A DNA stretch of 64,000 bases from Mobula hypostoma (Eukaryota). Position 1 is the first letter of the stretch. Each line of letters begins with the position of its first letter. Under the pieces are notes generated by a model that was given only the letters and a program-made list of their open reading frames with translations, did not search any database and was not told the origin of the DNA. A program made the translations under genes and the position numbers. This document shows positions 22,703-36,254 of this stretch, piece by piece. The stretch is taken from assembly GCF_963921235.1 (NCBI RefSeq), contig NC_086097.1:57724001-57788000 (forward strand), given 5' to 3'.

Positions 22703-24500
22703 GAGCTCCCTTATCAAATCCAGTCCATTACTCAACCCTCAGTCCAGAATTGCCTTTCCTCGATTGGGCTCAACCACAAGCTGCCCTAAAAAGTCATCTT
22801 ATAGCATTATCCTTAAAACACGCCTTTTCTATTTCCTGTTGAAATCTATATTCCAGATCCTTGCTACTGTTCGAGGCTCCTATCAGGGTATTTTTACCTT
22901 TGCAGTTTCTTAACTCTAACCACAAGGATTCCTCATATTCCTATTCTATGTCACCTCTTTCTAATGGTTTGATTTCATTTTTTATCAACAGAGCCATCAC
23001 ACCTCCTCTGCCTAGCTGCCTGTCCTTTTAAAACAAGGTGTATCCTTGATGCTCTTCCCAACTATGATCTTCTTCAAGCCATGGCTCAGGTTTAAATAAT
23101 GCCATACCTGCCAATCTCTAACTGCTCTACAAGATCATCTAGGTTATTGTGTATACTGCGTGTATTCAAATATAACTCCATCTTTCCTGTATTCACCACC
23201 CCTTTCAATTTTGCCCCTATGTTGCACTTCACCTCATCCCACTGACTCCAATTTTGCCCTACCAGCTGCCTGTCTATCCTTACAGTCTCAACACACATTC
23301 CATCAACTTGTGTACCAACTGTCCCATCCTTAGCCCTATCACTCTGGTTCCCATCCCCCTACAACTTAGTTTAAACTCTCCCCAACACATCTAGGAAACC
23401 TGTCCACAAGGATAATGGTCCTTCTTGTGTCCTGGTGTAACCCGTCCATTTTGTACAGGTCATACCTCCTCCAAAAGAGATCCCAATGATCCAGAAATCT
23501 GAAATCTGAAATCTGAAATCTGAAATCAAGAAATCATTCACCTGTATCATCATCTCATTGCTGTCCTGACTAGCATGTGGTACTGGGAGTAATCCGGAGA
23601 TTACTACCTTGGATGCCCTATTCTTCAACCTTTCCTAATTCCCTTATTCACTGCACAGTACTTCTTCACCGTCTCTACCCTTGTCATTGATGCCAATGTG
23701 CACCACAACCTCTGACTGCTCACCATCCCTCTTAAGAATCTATTGCAGCCGCTCTGAGGCATCCTGGACCCTAGAACCTGGGAGGAAACTCACCATCCTT
23801 ACTTCCCTTTCGTGCCACAGAATCTCCTGTGCGTTTCCATAACTGTCAAGTGTCCTATCCCTACCACCCTGCCTGACTTTACTCCTGCTGCTGAGCCCCA
23901 GAACTGGCCTGGCTGCTGCTGCTGTGGTCTGATAGGTCAACCTTCCCCTCCCACCCATCAGTATGCAAAGGGGTGTACTTGTTTATGAGGGGAACCCTGC
24001 ACTCACTGTTTACTCCTCTTGCTTCTCCTGATTGTCAGACATCTGCTATCCGAAGCCTGCACTCTTCGTGTGAGCACTCATCTATGACGTTTTCAGCCTC
24101 CCGACGGTCCTGAGGGCATCCAGCTCCAGCTCCACTTCCTTGACCTTGTTAGTCAGGAACTGAAGTTGGGTGCACTTCCTGCAGATATAGTCATCAGGGT
24201 ACCCTGAAATCCTACATCTCACAAGAGGAGCATTCCACTACCTGAACTAACATGCTGCCTACACTTGTTATGCCTCCAACTTCTCAAATGTACTTCAAGT
24301 TCTAGCCTGTGTCTATTCTTGCCCAAGCTTGCTGACCCAAAGCCTGACCATTCTGACACTATCCACTCACACAATAGCTGCTCTGTTCAAACCCCACTTC
24401 TTTTTATTGCCACTTGCTAAGTAAACCTAGTTACCATTAACCCAAGCAGTCTCCTGCTCTGCAGACAAGTCCCCACAGGCCCGGTTTGATTTTTAAAACT
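22703..24500 (-). mobile_element. CR1 LINE 5' portion (ORF1 zinc finger/leucine zipper and esterase, start of ORF2 endonuclease), decayed
   Basis: DDYICRKCTQLQFLTNKVKEVELELDAL (~24100-24195); VSFLPGSRVQDASERLQ; KVVISGLLPVP; LYLNTRSIHN..DDL. Continues at ~21483-21590 across the solo LTR. Confidence 0.85.
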
Positions 24501-26403
24501 GATATGTAAAGTCCACAAGGAACGGTCTTCAACTTACTCCATGATCTCCTTCTCTGCAGACAAGTCTACAGACAGTCATCATAGAATTGCCTCTGAACTT
24601 CCCTTGTAGGCTTGACTGGTCCAGTTGGGTTTCTGGTCTGACTCCAGGATGCAGGAGATTCTGTGATGAGTATGCCATCTTGCTGGAGAACCTCATTGAC
24701 TGGAACATTTTTGTGGCATAGAAGCTGCTTGCCATGTTTCTAACATAGTAGTTTATTGTCCACGTCTTTTTTCATGCAATTACAGGATATTTTGGAGGCT
24801 CAGAAGTTGTGAATTGCTTTTAGATTTTTGCAGTTATTGATGAAAATTTCCATGTATAACCTATAAAATGGAAAAAAAGGTCATTTCTGAAGGAGGTGAA
24901 CGTGGCTGGGTCTGTGTCATTGCTGTGAGGAACTCCTGCAGTGTTACGAGGCCAAATATGACTGATCGCCAACACTCACTACTGCTTTGTGTGATGTGTT
25001 GTTGGTGCTCTGTGACGCCAGACTGAGGGAAAAGCTGCCTTGGTATCACTGGCATCCATCCCTTTGAATTCGGCTCTTTGTTTGTGATGGGTCTGGAGAA
25101 GTGGCAAAACCCAGAAGGGACATTAATGAGAAGGTGTTGCTAGATGGCAGAGACAAAGATACTTTCCATCACATCTGTCGACGGAAAGGAGACTGATTAG
25201 GTGGTAACTGGCCAGATTAGATTTGCCCTGCTGTTGCAGACAGGACAGAACTGGGTGTATTTTCACATTATTGGGTAATTACCAGTGATGTACCGAAATA
25301 GCTTGGTTGGAGATGGAGCCGTTTCTAGAGCACAGGTCTTCAGTATTGCAAATTGGAACATTTTGTCCCATAACCTTTCCTGCAGCCCGTACTGTAGTTT
25401 CTTGAAATCATGTGGAATGAACTGAATTGGCAGCAGACATCTGTGATAATGGGACTCTCAGGAGGAAGCTAAGATAGATCATCTGTTCAACAATTTTTAC
25501 TAATTATTGGCTGAATAATCCAGTCTGTATTTAGAGCTCACAAAACACAAACCAACTTGTATGTGCTTTTCATTCACCACTAGATGCAGATCCCTGATCT
25601 GATGCGCTGGTTTTCATGTTGTTTGGCTTGATCTGTTGCATGTTGTTTTGCATGCATTCATTTCTGTCATGCAGTTTCACCAGGTTAGTACCTTTCCATT
25701 CAAAGTATGCCTGGCGCTGCCTCCGGCATTCCCTTCTTAATAATATAAAGTTGATTACCCGCTTTGATAGTAATTGTGGTGCAAGGAGGTTATAAATTGG
25801 TAGCTTTATATACTAATGGCACCTTGCGGATCCTTAATTTTGAGCTGCCTCATCTGTTCTGCATCTAACTAATTTAGTACAGTTGGGGCACCACCCAATG
25901 GGATGAAATGTGTCCTTGATATGAAGATCGTATAAGAATAAACAGTGATTGCTTCTACAAACGTTATTGTAAACACATGCATCTGTTTCATACAGGATGG
26001 TGTGGATGAGCTCAAGTAGAGTTATCCCTCATTGATTCCCATGCTAGCTTTCAAAATGGTGGGCTGCTTATTTATCAACTGAAAGAGGGCAGTAGTAAAT
26101 AATCATTTGTTCCCTTTGCCTGATTGAAATTATGTCAATAGTGACTTGAGGACTTAAAGGACAGTTGAGATGGAAGAGTCTGGCACATCTTAAGTACAAA
26201 TGTAGGGCTGTTACTTGACCCATTTAAGGAATTGCTCTCCCAATTTATACACCGTCATTGGAATGTGCTGGGAATGAGTTTGCCTTTTCTGCATATAGTT
26301 CCTAAAGGATGCCAGGTGGTCCACCTGGTTTTTTACTTTCTCTGATGATTGCATTAATGGCAAACTGAGTAACTTGTTCTACCTTTTCTGAGAGCAATTC
26401 AGA

Positions 26404-27104
26404 TGAAACCCTTTTCCTGGGCATCTCTAGAAATGGCTCTTTAGCCCCTTGCTAAGAGCCAATGGATTCAGCGCCCAGAAAACCCACCTTTCTCTGGCTT
26501 CGTACGTCTAGGGTTTGTTTATACAACTTTTGTTCCGTGAGATTTGGATGTCTCGCTTACCCAAACCCCAGTGTGTGTGAATGTCGTGTGATTTACTGCC
26601 CTGCAATAGCCTGTCAGCATGAAATAAGAGATTGCACACTGCATAGAATTATAAAGAAGTATATTTGTGAATATTAACTTAACCAAAGAGTTAGTAAAGA
26701 AAGGAAAGGAAAAAAAATAAAAACGGCCGATTATAATTAAACAGTCAAATGTACACAGTTTAGAGCTCAAATCTTCTAAAAGCCATATTCACTGATCCTC
26801 AGTAGACCTCCGTGCCTGGGCTCCATCGAATTGCATTTTTCCACCGGATTGAATCCTACAGCTGGTTCTCTCCAGCATCTTCTCTCTTCATCTCCTGCCA
26901 AACAAAAACAAACTTTGTGTCAGTCACAAAACCACTCCCCCAGCCTTCTCCAGAACCTTCTCCACTTTCCACTCTCCTGTTTGGATGGCCCACATTGCTA
27001 AGCATCCCTTATCTCTAACAGTAACCTAAGCACTGCTTCTACAGAAAGACCATTTCATGAAATACTGCTAATGTTATAGGGTAAAACCTTTACCAGGGAT
27101 TACA
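26404..27104 (-). mobile_element. Solo LTR related to the LTRs of the Gypsy element at 31411-34782
   Basis: Reverse complement begins tgtaatccctggtaaaggtttt...ctgtagaagcagtg and ends ...atttctagagatgcccaggaaaagggtttca, matching both ends of LTR 34032-34782; flanks caga/caaa (4-bp TSD, 1 mismatch). Confidence 0.8.
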
Positions 27105-27159
27105 CAAAGTTAACCAGAGTAAAAGATCATTTGTAGAAGTAACAGAATTTAAAAAAAAA

Positions 27160-27405
27160 TTTATTTAGAGATACAGCAAGTAACAGCTCCTTCTGGCTCA
27201 ATGAACCCATTTTGCCCAATTACACCCACGTGACCAATTGCCTTCTGACCCATATGTCTTTGGAATGTGGGAGGAAACCAGAACACCTGGAGAAAACCCA
27301 AGTGGTCACAGAAAGAACATACAAACTCCTTAAAGACAGCGCCAGGATTTGAACCAAGGTTGCTGGCACTGTTAAAGCATTATGCTAGTTGCTGCTACCA
27401 TGCTA
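27160..27405 (-). mobile_element. tRNA-derived SINE (HE1/V-SINE-like)
   Basis: ggatttgaacc (B box, reverse complement); tctttggaatgtgggaggaaaccagaacacctggagaaaaccca. Confidence 0.75.
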
Positions 27406-27497
27406 TCTCTAATTTTTTTTAATAATGACAGGAGAAAAAAATTTTTAAAGCATTTATTTTGGTTTTTGAACTTTCTGGATCGCATAAAATTAGGATT

Positions 27498-28000
27498 AAC
27501 ATATAAAACCATATAACAATTACAGCACGGAAACAGGTTATCTCGGCCCTTCTAGTCCGTGCCGAACTCTTACTCTCACCTGGTCCCACCGACCTGCACT
27601 CAGCCCATAACCCTCCATTCCTTTCCTGTCCATATAGCTATCCAATTTAACTTTAAACGACAACATTGAACCTGCCTCAACCACTTCTGCTGGAAGCTCG
27701 TTCCACACAGCTATCACTCTCTGACTAAAGAAGTTCCCCCTCATGTTACCCCTAAACTTTTGCCCTTTAACTCTCAACTCATGTCCTCTTGTTTAAATCT
27801 CCCCCACTCTCAATGGAAAAAGCCTATCCATGTCAACTTATCTATTCCCCTCATAATTTTAAATACCTCTATCAAGTCCCCCCTCAACCTTCTACGCTCC
27901 AAAGAATAAAGACCTAACTTGTTCAACCTTTCTCTGTAACTTAGGAGATGAAACCCAGGCAACATTTTAGTAAATCTCCTCTGTACTCTCTCAATTTTAT
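27498..28000 (-). mobile_element. CR1/HER1-like LINE 3' fragment
   Basis: ORF 27538..27777 MRGNFFSQRVIAVWNELP...KVKLDSYMD. Confidence 0.9.
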
Positions 28001-29519
28001 TTTTGGGGGCAGATAAAATATAAGAAGTTAAAAATCTTTGATATGTAAGTAATAAACTGAGGAATTGTGGGACCTGGAGCCATGGAACTCAACGTTCCTC
28101 TGTGTCTGGAGAAATTGCGCCTGCCACTCCAGGTGGACAGACTCTCAATCCTCACTGGTGTTTGTTGGCTAACTCGCCCTCCCTCCTGTTTACTATGGAT
28201 GACTACCTTTTAAGTGACCTAGGGCTTGTATGGTAGCAGGTTGTTTTGCCACATGGAACCACTGACCGATCAGCTCATCCACTCTCAGGGAGACTGCATT
28301 ACTGTGAAATCCAGACGACAGTGTACTAATCTACTTGAGCTGTTTGCTACATTTCAAAGGATTTGTCTGATTTGGGTCTTTGTGTCCATTTTGATTATTA
28401 TCAATGGAAGTAATATCTTATTTATCCATGAACGTAAAGTGAAATTGACAATTACCAGTAATAAATTCTCTCACGTAAGCTAATTATTAAAGAACTGGCA
28501 GGGGGAAAAACATATAAAATCTCTTAGATCTGGTATCAAAATACGGACAGTCAGCACTTTCTTCCTTTGTGTGAACAGTCACCCCGGGTAATTCTTTTCA
28601 ATGTTTTCTCATTGAGAGAGCAATTGTTCTTCAGTGTCAAGTTACCTGATGCAAACGGAGGTTTTCAATTTTGTTTTAAACTTACCACAGACTCCTTTTT
28701 TTTCAATTATATAATTAGTAGACCAAGCGCATAAGGCAGCCCTCATCTTCTTTCACAATAATGGGGGAATGAAAGATTGAAGTTAACTGACTGACCTGAA
28801 AGCAGGTCAGCTGTCTTGATTTTAAGTGATTCTGTGAGTGCATCCGCAGAAGGCTGACCCAAAAGGTCAATGATGTGGTCAGCTTGTGGCCAGGTGGACA
28901 AACTTAATACCTGAACAACTGCTCTGGAGCTGTGCTAAGCTGTTGCTGATTCCCTAAAGGAAAATGATGTCAAGGGATTTGATTAGGAAAGATTTACAGT
29001 AAAAACATTATCCAGATTACCATCAACATGCCTGTGAGACAAAGTAAATCTAAGGGTTTTATGAGTAAGGTGTTGGTTGTTGCCGGATGTCTATTAAAAA
29101 TTACTTACCATTAAATGTCCATCTTTAAGTGCTCTGAATGCTACATTTCTCATTGCAATGTGGATCTTTGGAATCTCTTTGTCCACAATGTTGAGAGTTA
29201 TTTCAACAGAATAGTGCTATTAAATTGCTTTGTTCTGATGTACTGATGAGCCCATTTTACTTCAAGATTTTATTTTATTGTATTAAATTGATATCAAATA
29301 AACAGACTCCTTCCCCATGTAAAGAGAATTTTTCTGAGAGTCTTTGAGTGAGGACATTGTTTGAAATGCTTACCTGGTTATGGCGTCATTGTGTTTTTTC
29401 TCTGCCAATGCAGGGACGTGCCTAGAGATATAACTTCAAGCCTTTGCAGTTGGTGAATTCTTGATTTGTTTAATAAATCTGGAATTTTAGCAAAAAATCA
29501 ATTTCATTAAAAGGGTGAA

Positions 29520-29710
29520 AATTTGCCCTGCTGGGGTGGTAGTAGAGGCAGATACATTGGAAACATTTAAGAAACTCTTAGATAAGCATATGGGTGAAAT
29601 AAAAAATTGGGGGGGGCGCTATGTAGGAGGAAAGGGTTAGATTGATCTTAGAATAGGTTGAAAAGTCAGCACAACATTGTGGGCTGTACTGTAGTGTTGC
29701 ATATTCAATG
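29520..29710 (+). mobile_element. CR1-like LINE 3' end
   Basis: gtggtagtagaggcagatacattggaaacatttaagaaactcttagataagcatatgg. Confidence 0.7.
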
Positions 29711-30414
29711 AAAGTGCTCATGAAATATTTCAATTATCATTAAAAATTCCACTAACTTAATGTATTACTTTACAAAAAGAGTTTGCTGCCTTTACCTGAC
29801 CTAGCAGTGTGGTTTATCCTTAATGGACCCTTACGAGCTGGCTTAGTTAATCACTGGGTTGGATTATCCCTCTGCAGGTTACAGACCATGTACTACTCTT
29901 CCTTTGCCTTTGCTGGATTGAAATCCACGAACTCCCTGCCTAGCAGAACTAGAGTTATCATTGCCACAAAGACTATGGTGGTTCAAGAGCTAGACGGAAC
30001 CAGGAATAAATCAGATTTTTTTCAGCAGTGCCTGCTTTCTGTGATTGAATTTAAACAAAAGTTTTGTAGGATGAAATGTGGATATCTGTGCCAGGTTACA
30101 TGTAACAAAAAAATGTCTAGTATTTTGTTCTCAGGCCAGCCAGCATCCGTGGAGAGAAAAACAGGGTTAGCTGACCAGAGGTAGAGTAATAATTGAGAAT
30201 CAATTTGGTATGATGGTGAAAAAAATGATGAGGAGAACTAATTGGTAGAATCTCTTGAAAGAGCAAACATTGAGGGAATTCTTGCTCAGACTTGCTTGTG
30301 ATAATCCTTGTTATTAATGAAAATACTGAGTTTCATTGTCTTGCCTCTACCATTTGGATTATGATTAATTTAGAGTTGAATCCAGGGACAGTCAGTACAT
30401 TCTTAGAATAGTTG

Positions 30415-31340
30415 GAAGATTCAAGATTGTTTAATACCATTTCCTGCACACAATCGTAAAGGAGAACAAAATAATTGTTACTGCAGAATCTGATGCAGCA
30501 CAAAAAAACAGAAAAGATAAAAGACACAATAGATATCAATACATAAGATAGCTTCTACACATGTCCATAAGGTGACATTGGGCAGAGGAGTACCTGTACA
30601 TGAGGTGACTGACAGGAAACAAAGTAGTAGTGGTTGGGCATGTTGAGGGGTGAGTTACTAGGTGGAGGTGTTGATCAGCTTCACTACTTGAGGAAAGTAT
30701 CTAATTTTGAGTCTGGTGGTCCTGGCATGAATGCAATGTAGCCTCCTCCCAGATGGGAGTGAGACAAACAGTCTATGACCAGGGTGGTTGGGATCCTTCA
30801 TGATGCTACTGTCCCTTTCTGTCGTCTTTTTTCATATACGTCCTTGATGGCAGTTTGGCTGGTGCCAGTGATGTGTTGGGCAGTTTTGACTACCCATTGT
30901 AAAGTCTTCCTGCTTGCTGCGGCGCAGTTTCTGTACCATGCAGTGATGCAGCTTGGCAGGATGCTCTCTACTGTGCATCTATAGAATGATGTGAGCATAG
31001 ATGTGCATGGTCCAGCTCGCTTCAGCCTCCTCAGAAAGTAGAGGTTTTGGCCAGCTTTGCTGATTGTGTAGGATGTTTTCTGGGACCAAGAGAGGTTGTG
31101 TGAAATGTGCACTCCCAGAGTTTGAAACTGCTTGCAGTTTTCACTGCTATACTGCCGTTGTAAAAGGGTTCAGGGTGGGGGGTGGGGCAGGTTGTGAGTA
31201 GTGCAAGGCCTCCTGAAGTCGATAATAATTTCCTTTTGTCTTTTTGACATTGAGGAAGAGGTTTTTTGCCTGGCACCAGGCCGCAAACCTTCCTTCTTTC
31301 TGTAGGCTGTCTCATCATTGTTGGAGATGGGCCTCACTGA
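30415..31340 (-). mobile_element. Rex1/Babar-like LINE fragment
   Basis: ORF 30798..31112 LYFLRRLK...FYRCTVESILPSCITAWY. Confidence 0.85.
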
Positions 31341-31410
31341 AAAATTTCCTGCTCATTTTACTTCAAGAACGAAGAATATAAATCATTAAATTAGTATTTT
31401 TATTTATCAT

Positions 31411-34400
31411 TCTAATGCCCTGGTTAAGTTTTTACTGCTAATGCTGTAGAGTATTTCATTTAATGGTTTTCTGTAGAAGCAGTGTGCTCTGCTGGTTGTG
31501 TTTGGGTTACCGTTGTAGACGAGGGGTTGTGGTGTTCAGCTTCGGAATGTCGAGTCAGCCAATCAGGATGGTGGAATTGGGAGAAGGTTCCTGAAAAAAC
31601 TGGGTGGAACGGTTTTTGTCATGGACACTACAGGGGCCAAGGTCCTTTTTTCCCGGCGGGAGATGGAGAGAGAAGAAGATCGAGAGAACTGGCAGTAGGA
31701 TTTGATCCAACCAGAATGCACAATTCGATGGAATCCAAGATGAAAGTTCTATCAGTGATCAGTGAATAGGAGTTGGTGCTGTGAATACAAGAACACCTCC
31801 AGCTTTTGAAAGATTTGAGCTTCAACTTTGTACATGCAGTTTGACCAAATGGCAGGCAAAGACGTCGTTTTAGTTCAGACCAGCATTGATGTGACAGTAG
31901 TGGATCTGCCTGTTATGATTGGGGCATCTGGGGAGGCGAGGCCATGGGCTGTCCATGCTTTTAGAGAAGAGTGGAGTGTAGGTGAGGGTTGCAGAACTGG
32001 AAGTCGAGTTTCCCTTAGCTGAGGGAGGAGTCTTTAAAGACAAGTTGCCATGGGGAAATCAGAGGCAAGGCTATGGCTGAATAGAGCTATGGATCATTTG
32101 GAGGCTTCTGGTTATGCTATTCCACATGCTCACTGGACACTTGACTGCTCTGAATACGAAGCAGTTGCCTACCTTGAATCATGGGGAAGCGGTGGAAGCT
32201 CAGCAAGATGACCCTTGTAGAGGTACCGTTTGGTCAGCTGTTGCAGAAGGGGATATGGTCCAAGCTGGGAAGGCAAAACACCCTGCCATACCCCTATTGA
32301 GAAAATGGAACACTGGAGTTGAGGAACCAGGTTCTATACAGGGTCACGTCTCCTCCAGATAGGCCTCGGAGTTCCCAGTTGGTTTTGCCTGAAAAGCATC
32401 GGAGGATTGTGAAGAAGTCACTTCATGATGAGTCAGGTCATTTGGGGTTTGACAAGACCTATGGATTGCTCAGAGATCGCTTCTACTGACCCTGAATGAA
32501 GTCTGAGGTTGTAAGTCGTGCATTCAGTGTCTATGAGGGTCATTCCCTTATCCCATTTACAGAGTGCGGGACCACTTGGTTTAGTATGTATGGTTTTCCT
32601 CTCCAAAAAGCCTGATTCCAGCAACACTGCAGATGCCTTGGTTATTACTGATCACTACATCAGACAGGCTCAGACCTTCCCTAAAAAGGATCAGAGGGCA
32701 TCCACCATGGCCAAAATGTTATGGGAACAGTATTTCGTTCATTATGGCCTTCTAAGATGGATACACAGTGATCAGAGAAGCGATTTTGAGAGTAGGCTCA
32801 TTGATGAGTTACTGGGCATGCTTGGAGTTGAGAAGTTGAGGACCGTGCCTTATCACCTCCCAGGGGATCCCCAGCCTGAGAGGTTAAACTGGACATTACT
32901 AGACATGCAGGGAGCCCTGGATATCAGCAAGTGGAGCAAATCGAGCCAGCATATTGGGTATTCGGTCCACTGCTACAACTATACACAGAATGACTGGGTA
33001 CTCACCATACGATTCGATGTCAGGCACGAAGCGAGATTGCATATAGACCTCTGTTTTGGGACTGGCAGGGACGACTTATCCCAGAAGATCTACCTTAAGT
33101 ATGTGTCTGACATGAGGAAGGAACTGCAAAAGGCTTATGAACTAGCAGAGGTCTCTGCTACCAAGCAGAGTCAAGGAACCAAGAGGGGATATAATCAAAA
33201 GGTTAGGTTCTCCCAACTGACGCCTGGAGACAGAGTTCTAAAGAGGAATTTGGGGTTACCGCTGACCGCTGGGTGGCTATGCCGTGCGAGGTGGGGAGTC
33301 AGCTGATAAATGTGCCAGTTTTCCGGGTGAAGCCACAAGATGGAAATGGGTCTGCCAAAATTCTCCATCGGAATCACCTTTTACCTCGAGGGCAGGAGGT
33401 ACGTATTGACCTAGAGCCTGACATAGACGCTAAACCTAGTAGGAGAACTCTGTGTAGAAGTGGGAGAGCAGAGAGGCAATCAGTGGAGAGACCCAAAAGG
33501 GACTCAGCCACTGAATGCTGTATAGACTCAGAGGACAAGGAAATGGGAGTGTGGTATATATTATCTTTTTGCAAACTCGCCAATAATTGATGAAGAAATT
33601 CCTGAACCTCCCCATGCTGACTCAGATGTAGTGGGGGTGGAGGAACTAGCAGTGGACAGGCAGGCTCGATGCCAGATAATGAAAGGAAGCTGTGCTCCAA
33701 TGTAATTGGGGATGTAGCTGAACGCAGTCAAATGACAGGGAAACTTGAGTTGCCGGAAGGCATGAGTAATGGACAGGGGAATGCATCCCCAAGTAGACAG
33801 GAAAAAAACCAAGGAGTGCTTGGGGCTAAAGAAGCTGAAGATGGGATAAGGAGGTCTCAAAGAGTCAGGAAACCCCTGGAAAGGCTGGCCTATGAACAGA
33901 GTGTTGTGTCTAACCCCTTATTGATATGTCACTACCATTTACAAATGGATTGAATGTTCTTTGAAAACTGTGTTATTAACGATGGGTCGGTAAACTTCAT
34001 GAGAGCATGACTATTTTTGGTGGGGGGAGTGCGTAATGCCCTGGTTAAGCTTTTACTGCTAGTGCTGTAGGGTATTTCATTTAACAGTTTTCTGTAGAAG
34101 CAGTGTGTTCTACTGGTAATGTTTGGATTACCATTAAAGATAAAGGTTGTGATGTTCAGCTTAGCAATTTTGGGTCAGCCAATCAGGATGGTGGAATTGT
34201 GAGAAGGTTCTCGAGAAAGCTGGGCAGAGAGGTTTTTGTGAAGGACACTAACGGAGTCAAAGTCCTTTTTTTCGGTGGGAGATGGAGAGGGAAGATTGAG
34301 AGAACCAGATTGCGTGATTCGATGGAGACCATGATGGAAAGTTGTATTGGTGATCAATGAATGGGAGCTGGCACCATGAGGACAAGAACACCTCCAGCTT

Positions 34401-34782
34401 TTGGAAGATTAGAGCTCCAACTTTGTGCATATTTGACTGTTTTAATTATAATGTGCTCTTTTATTTTCTTTCTTTCTTCTTTAATAACTGATTAAGTTGA
34501 TATTCATAAATACACCTTTCTTATAATTATATGCCGTGTACAGTCTGTTATTTCTTGCTGATGAGTAATTGCAAGCTGGCAGCATTTACGTGTTACTCGT
34601 TCAGATTGGGGAGCGGGTGGTTGAAACATTCTGGCTCTCCTGGTCTAGTGGGACCCAAGTCATATTGACCCTAGACATGTGGAGTTCAAGAAAGGTGGTT
34701 TTCCCACCACTGAGTCCATTGACTTATTAGCGAGGAGCTAACCAGCCAGGTTTCTAGAGGCGCCTGGTGAAAAGGGGCTTCA
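31411..34782 (+). mobile_element. Internally deleted Gypsy LTR retrotransposon: partial 5' LTR, integrase, PPT, full 3' LTR
   Basis: LTRs 31411-~31850 and 34032-34782; PPT ggtggggggag at 34019-34029; TSD tcat (31407-31410, 34783-34786). Confidence 0.9.
32300..33400 (+). pseudogene. Gypsy integrase relic
   Basis: ORF 32518..33306 LVITDHY...IHSDQRSDFES...TVPYHLPGDPQPERLN (DDE core); frameshifted flanks. Confidence 0.85.
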
Positions 34783-36254
34783 TCATTTAGCACAATTCAA
34801 TCATGCTAATAAAAACAGAGGAACTTGGCATAAATATCTGTATTGTCAGATAAATTGGAACCTATTTTTAACCTGCAGTGGTACAGATGTAATTTAAGTT
34901 CGGACTATGGCAAAATAACAGACATTTTATTAATCAAAGCTTCAGTGTGTTTTTGAACAATTGCAAGACAAGGAATCACATGTCTCCAGTTCTAAATGGG
35001 AGCTAGATGACATGATCTTGCAGAACACATGTTTTGCGAAGTACAGTACTGTATATGGAAATGGAGTACTCAATGACTGCGTTAAAGCTTATAACTTTCA
35101 ATGTCATTGCAGTGAGGGCAGATTAAGTTGGAGCAATACAGTATCTTCAAAGAGTATTAAGATAGCAATACATGTTCAGAAAAATGAACAGTAGTTTCTG
35201 CATATTGATTCATGTCTCCCTTGTTCCTGGCATTGATGCACTCTCAAGAACAACTTAATGACATTTTTGAACACAAATTAACAAAACATCCAGGTGGCTT
35301 TGACTGGTATTGTGCAAAAAGGGATTTGATTGTGAATCCATAAATCTGAAAGATTTTAGATTGCGAATACAAATTCTGGAGACAGCATAAGGCTTAATGT
35401 GGAAATTGGAAAGCAGTTGTCCAAGATGTCTGGCTCCACCAGATGATCTGATAGAATATCTTAAGTCTTAATCAGTACTCCAATTTCTTTAGCAGCATTG
35501 AATTCATGTACTTGGCTCAAAGTTACAAACTGAAATTTTCCACTTCATCACTCCCTTAATGGTGTGGAGTCTTAAATTTTAGTCAAGTAACATCCCCAGC
35601 ATTAAACTTACTATTTGCAGGGTCACACTCTCATTGCTCTGGATCTTAATAATAAAGCATAAATCTAACTTCATGTTTGGTTCTTTTAATATCATTTCTC
35701 ATGCTATGGTGTTCATATTCTGGTTCTCAGCCTGCCTGCCTCTCCTTTTATTTCACTCCTTTTGACTTGCTTTTCATGGCTTAACTTTGAGTGTAATATT
35801 CTGCTCTGAATCCCAGCACCTGCAGTCTCTCGTGTCTCCATTCAACTGACACTTCCTGGTTCTGACTCTGCACAGCTAATTAATCATTCTTAACTCTGAC
35901 TGGCTACAGAGACGTGCTATTGCTTTTGTTGTTCAGAGAACCACGAATGCCCGCAGATGCTGTTTCAGGCTTTGGCTTTTTCTGACTGAAGGTACCAACG
36001 TGAAACTGCAGAAAGTCTATGAACATATTAATGGCAAACTTCCTATGATTCTATTTCAATGAATTTCCCCTCAATTGTCTCACTAGTTCTACGGTTGATT
36101 TGTATCTATAGGCAACTATGAAGTCATACATTCCTAGAGAGTGAATGCTCTGATTAGAAGATGTAAATGCTTATGACAACAAATTTGTTGCCAAATTCTA
36201 ACATGGTTGGCTGTAAATTAAAGTACTGCTGCATTGTCTTTCAGAATATACTGT

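Noticed and set aside
21859..22913. Multiple overlapping ORFs of 60-189 aa
   Set aside because: By-product of GC-rich, stop-poor LTR sequence; no domain motifs.
23494..23527. (gaaatct)n heptamer repeat
   Set aside because: Local slippage expansion inside a dead CR1 ORF1.
24540..26100. Possible very old LINE relic or host exon
   Set aside because: Too degenerate to assign; no convincing ORF or splice pattern.
29783..30184. 133-aa ORF as a second host gene
   Set aside because: Non-ATG start, no motifs, and it runs into a degenerate Penelope tail near 30100-30170.
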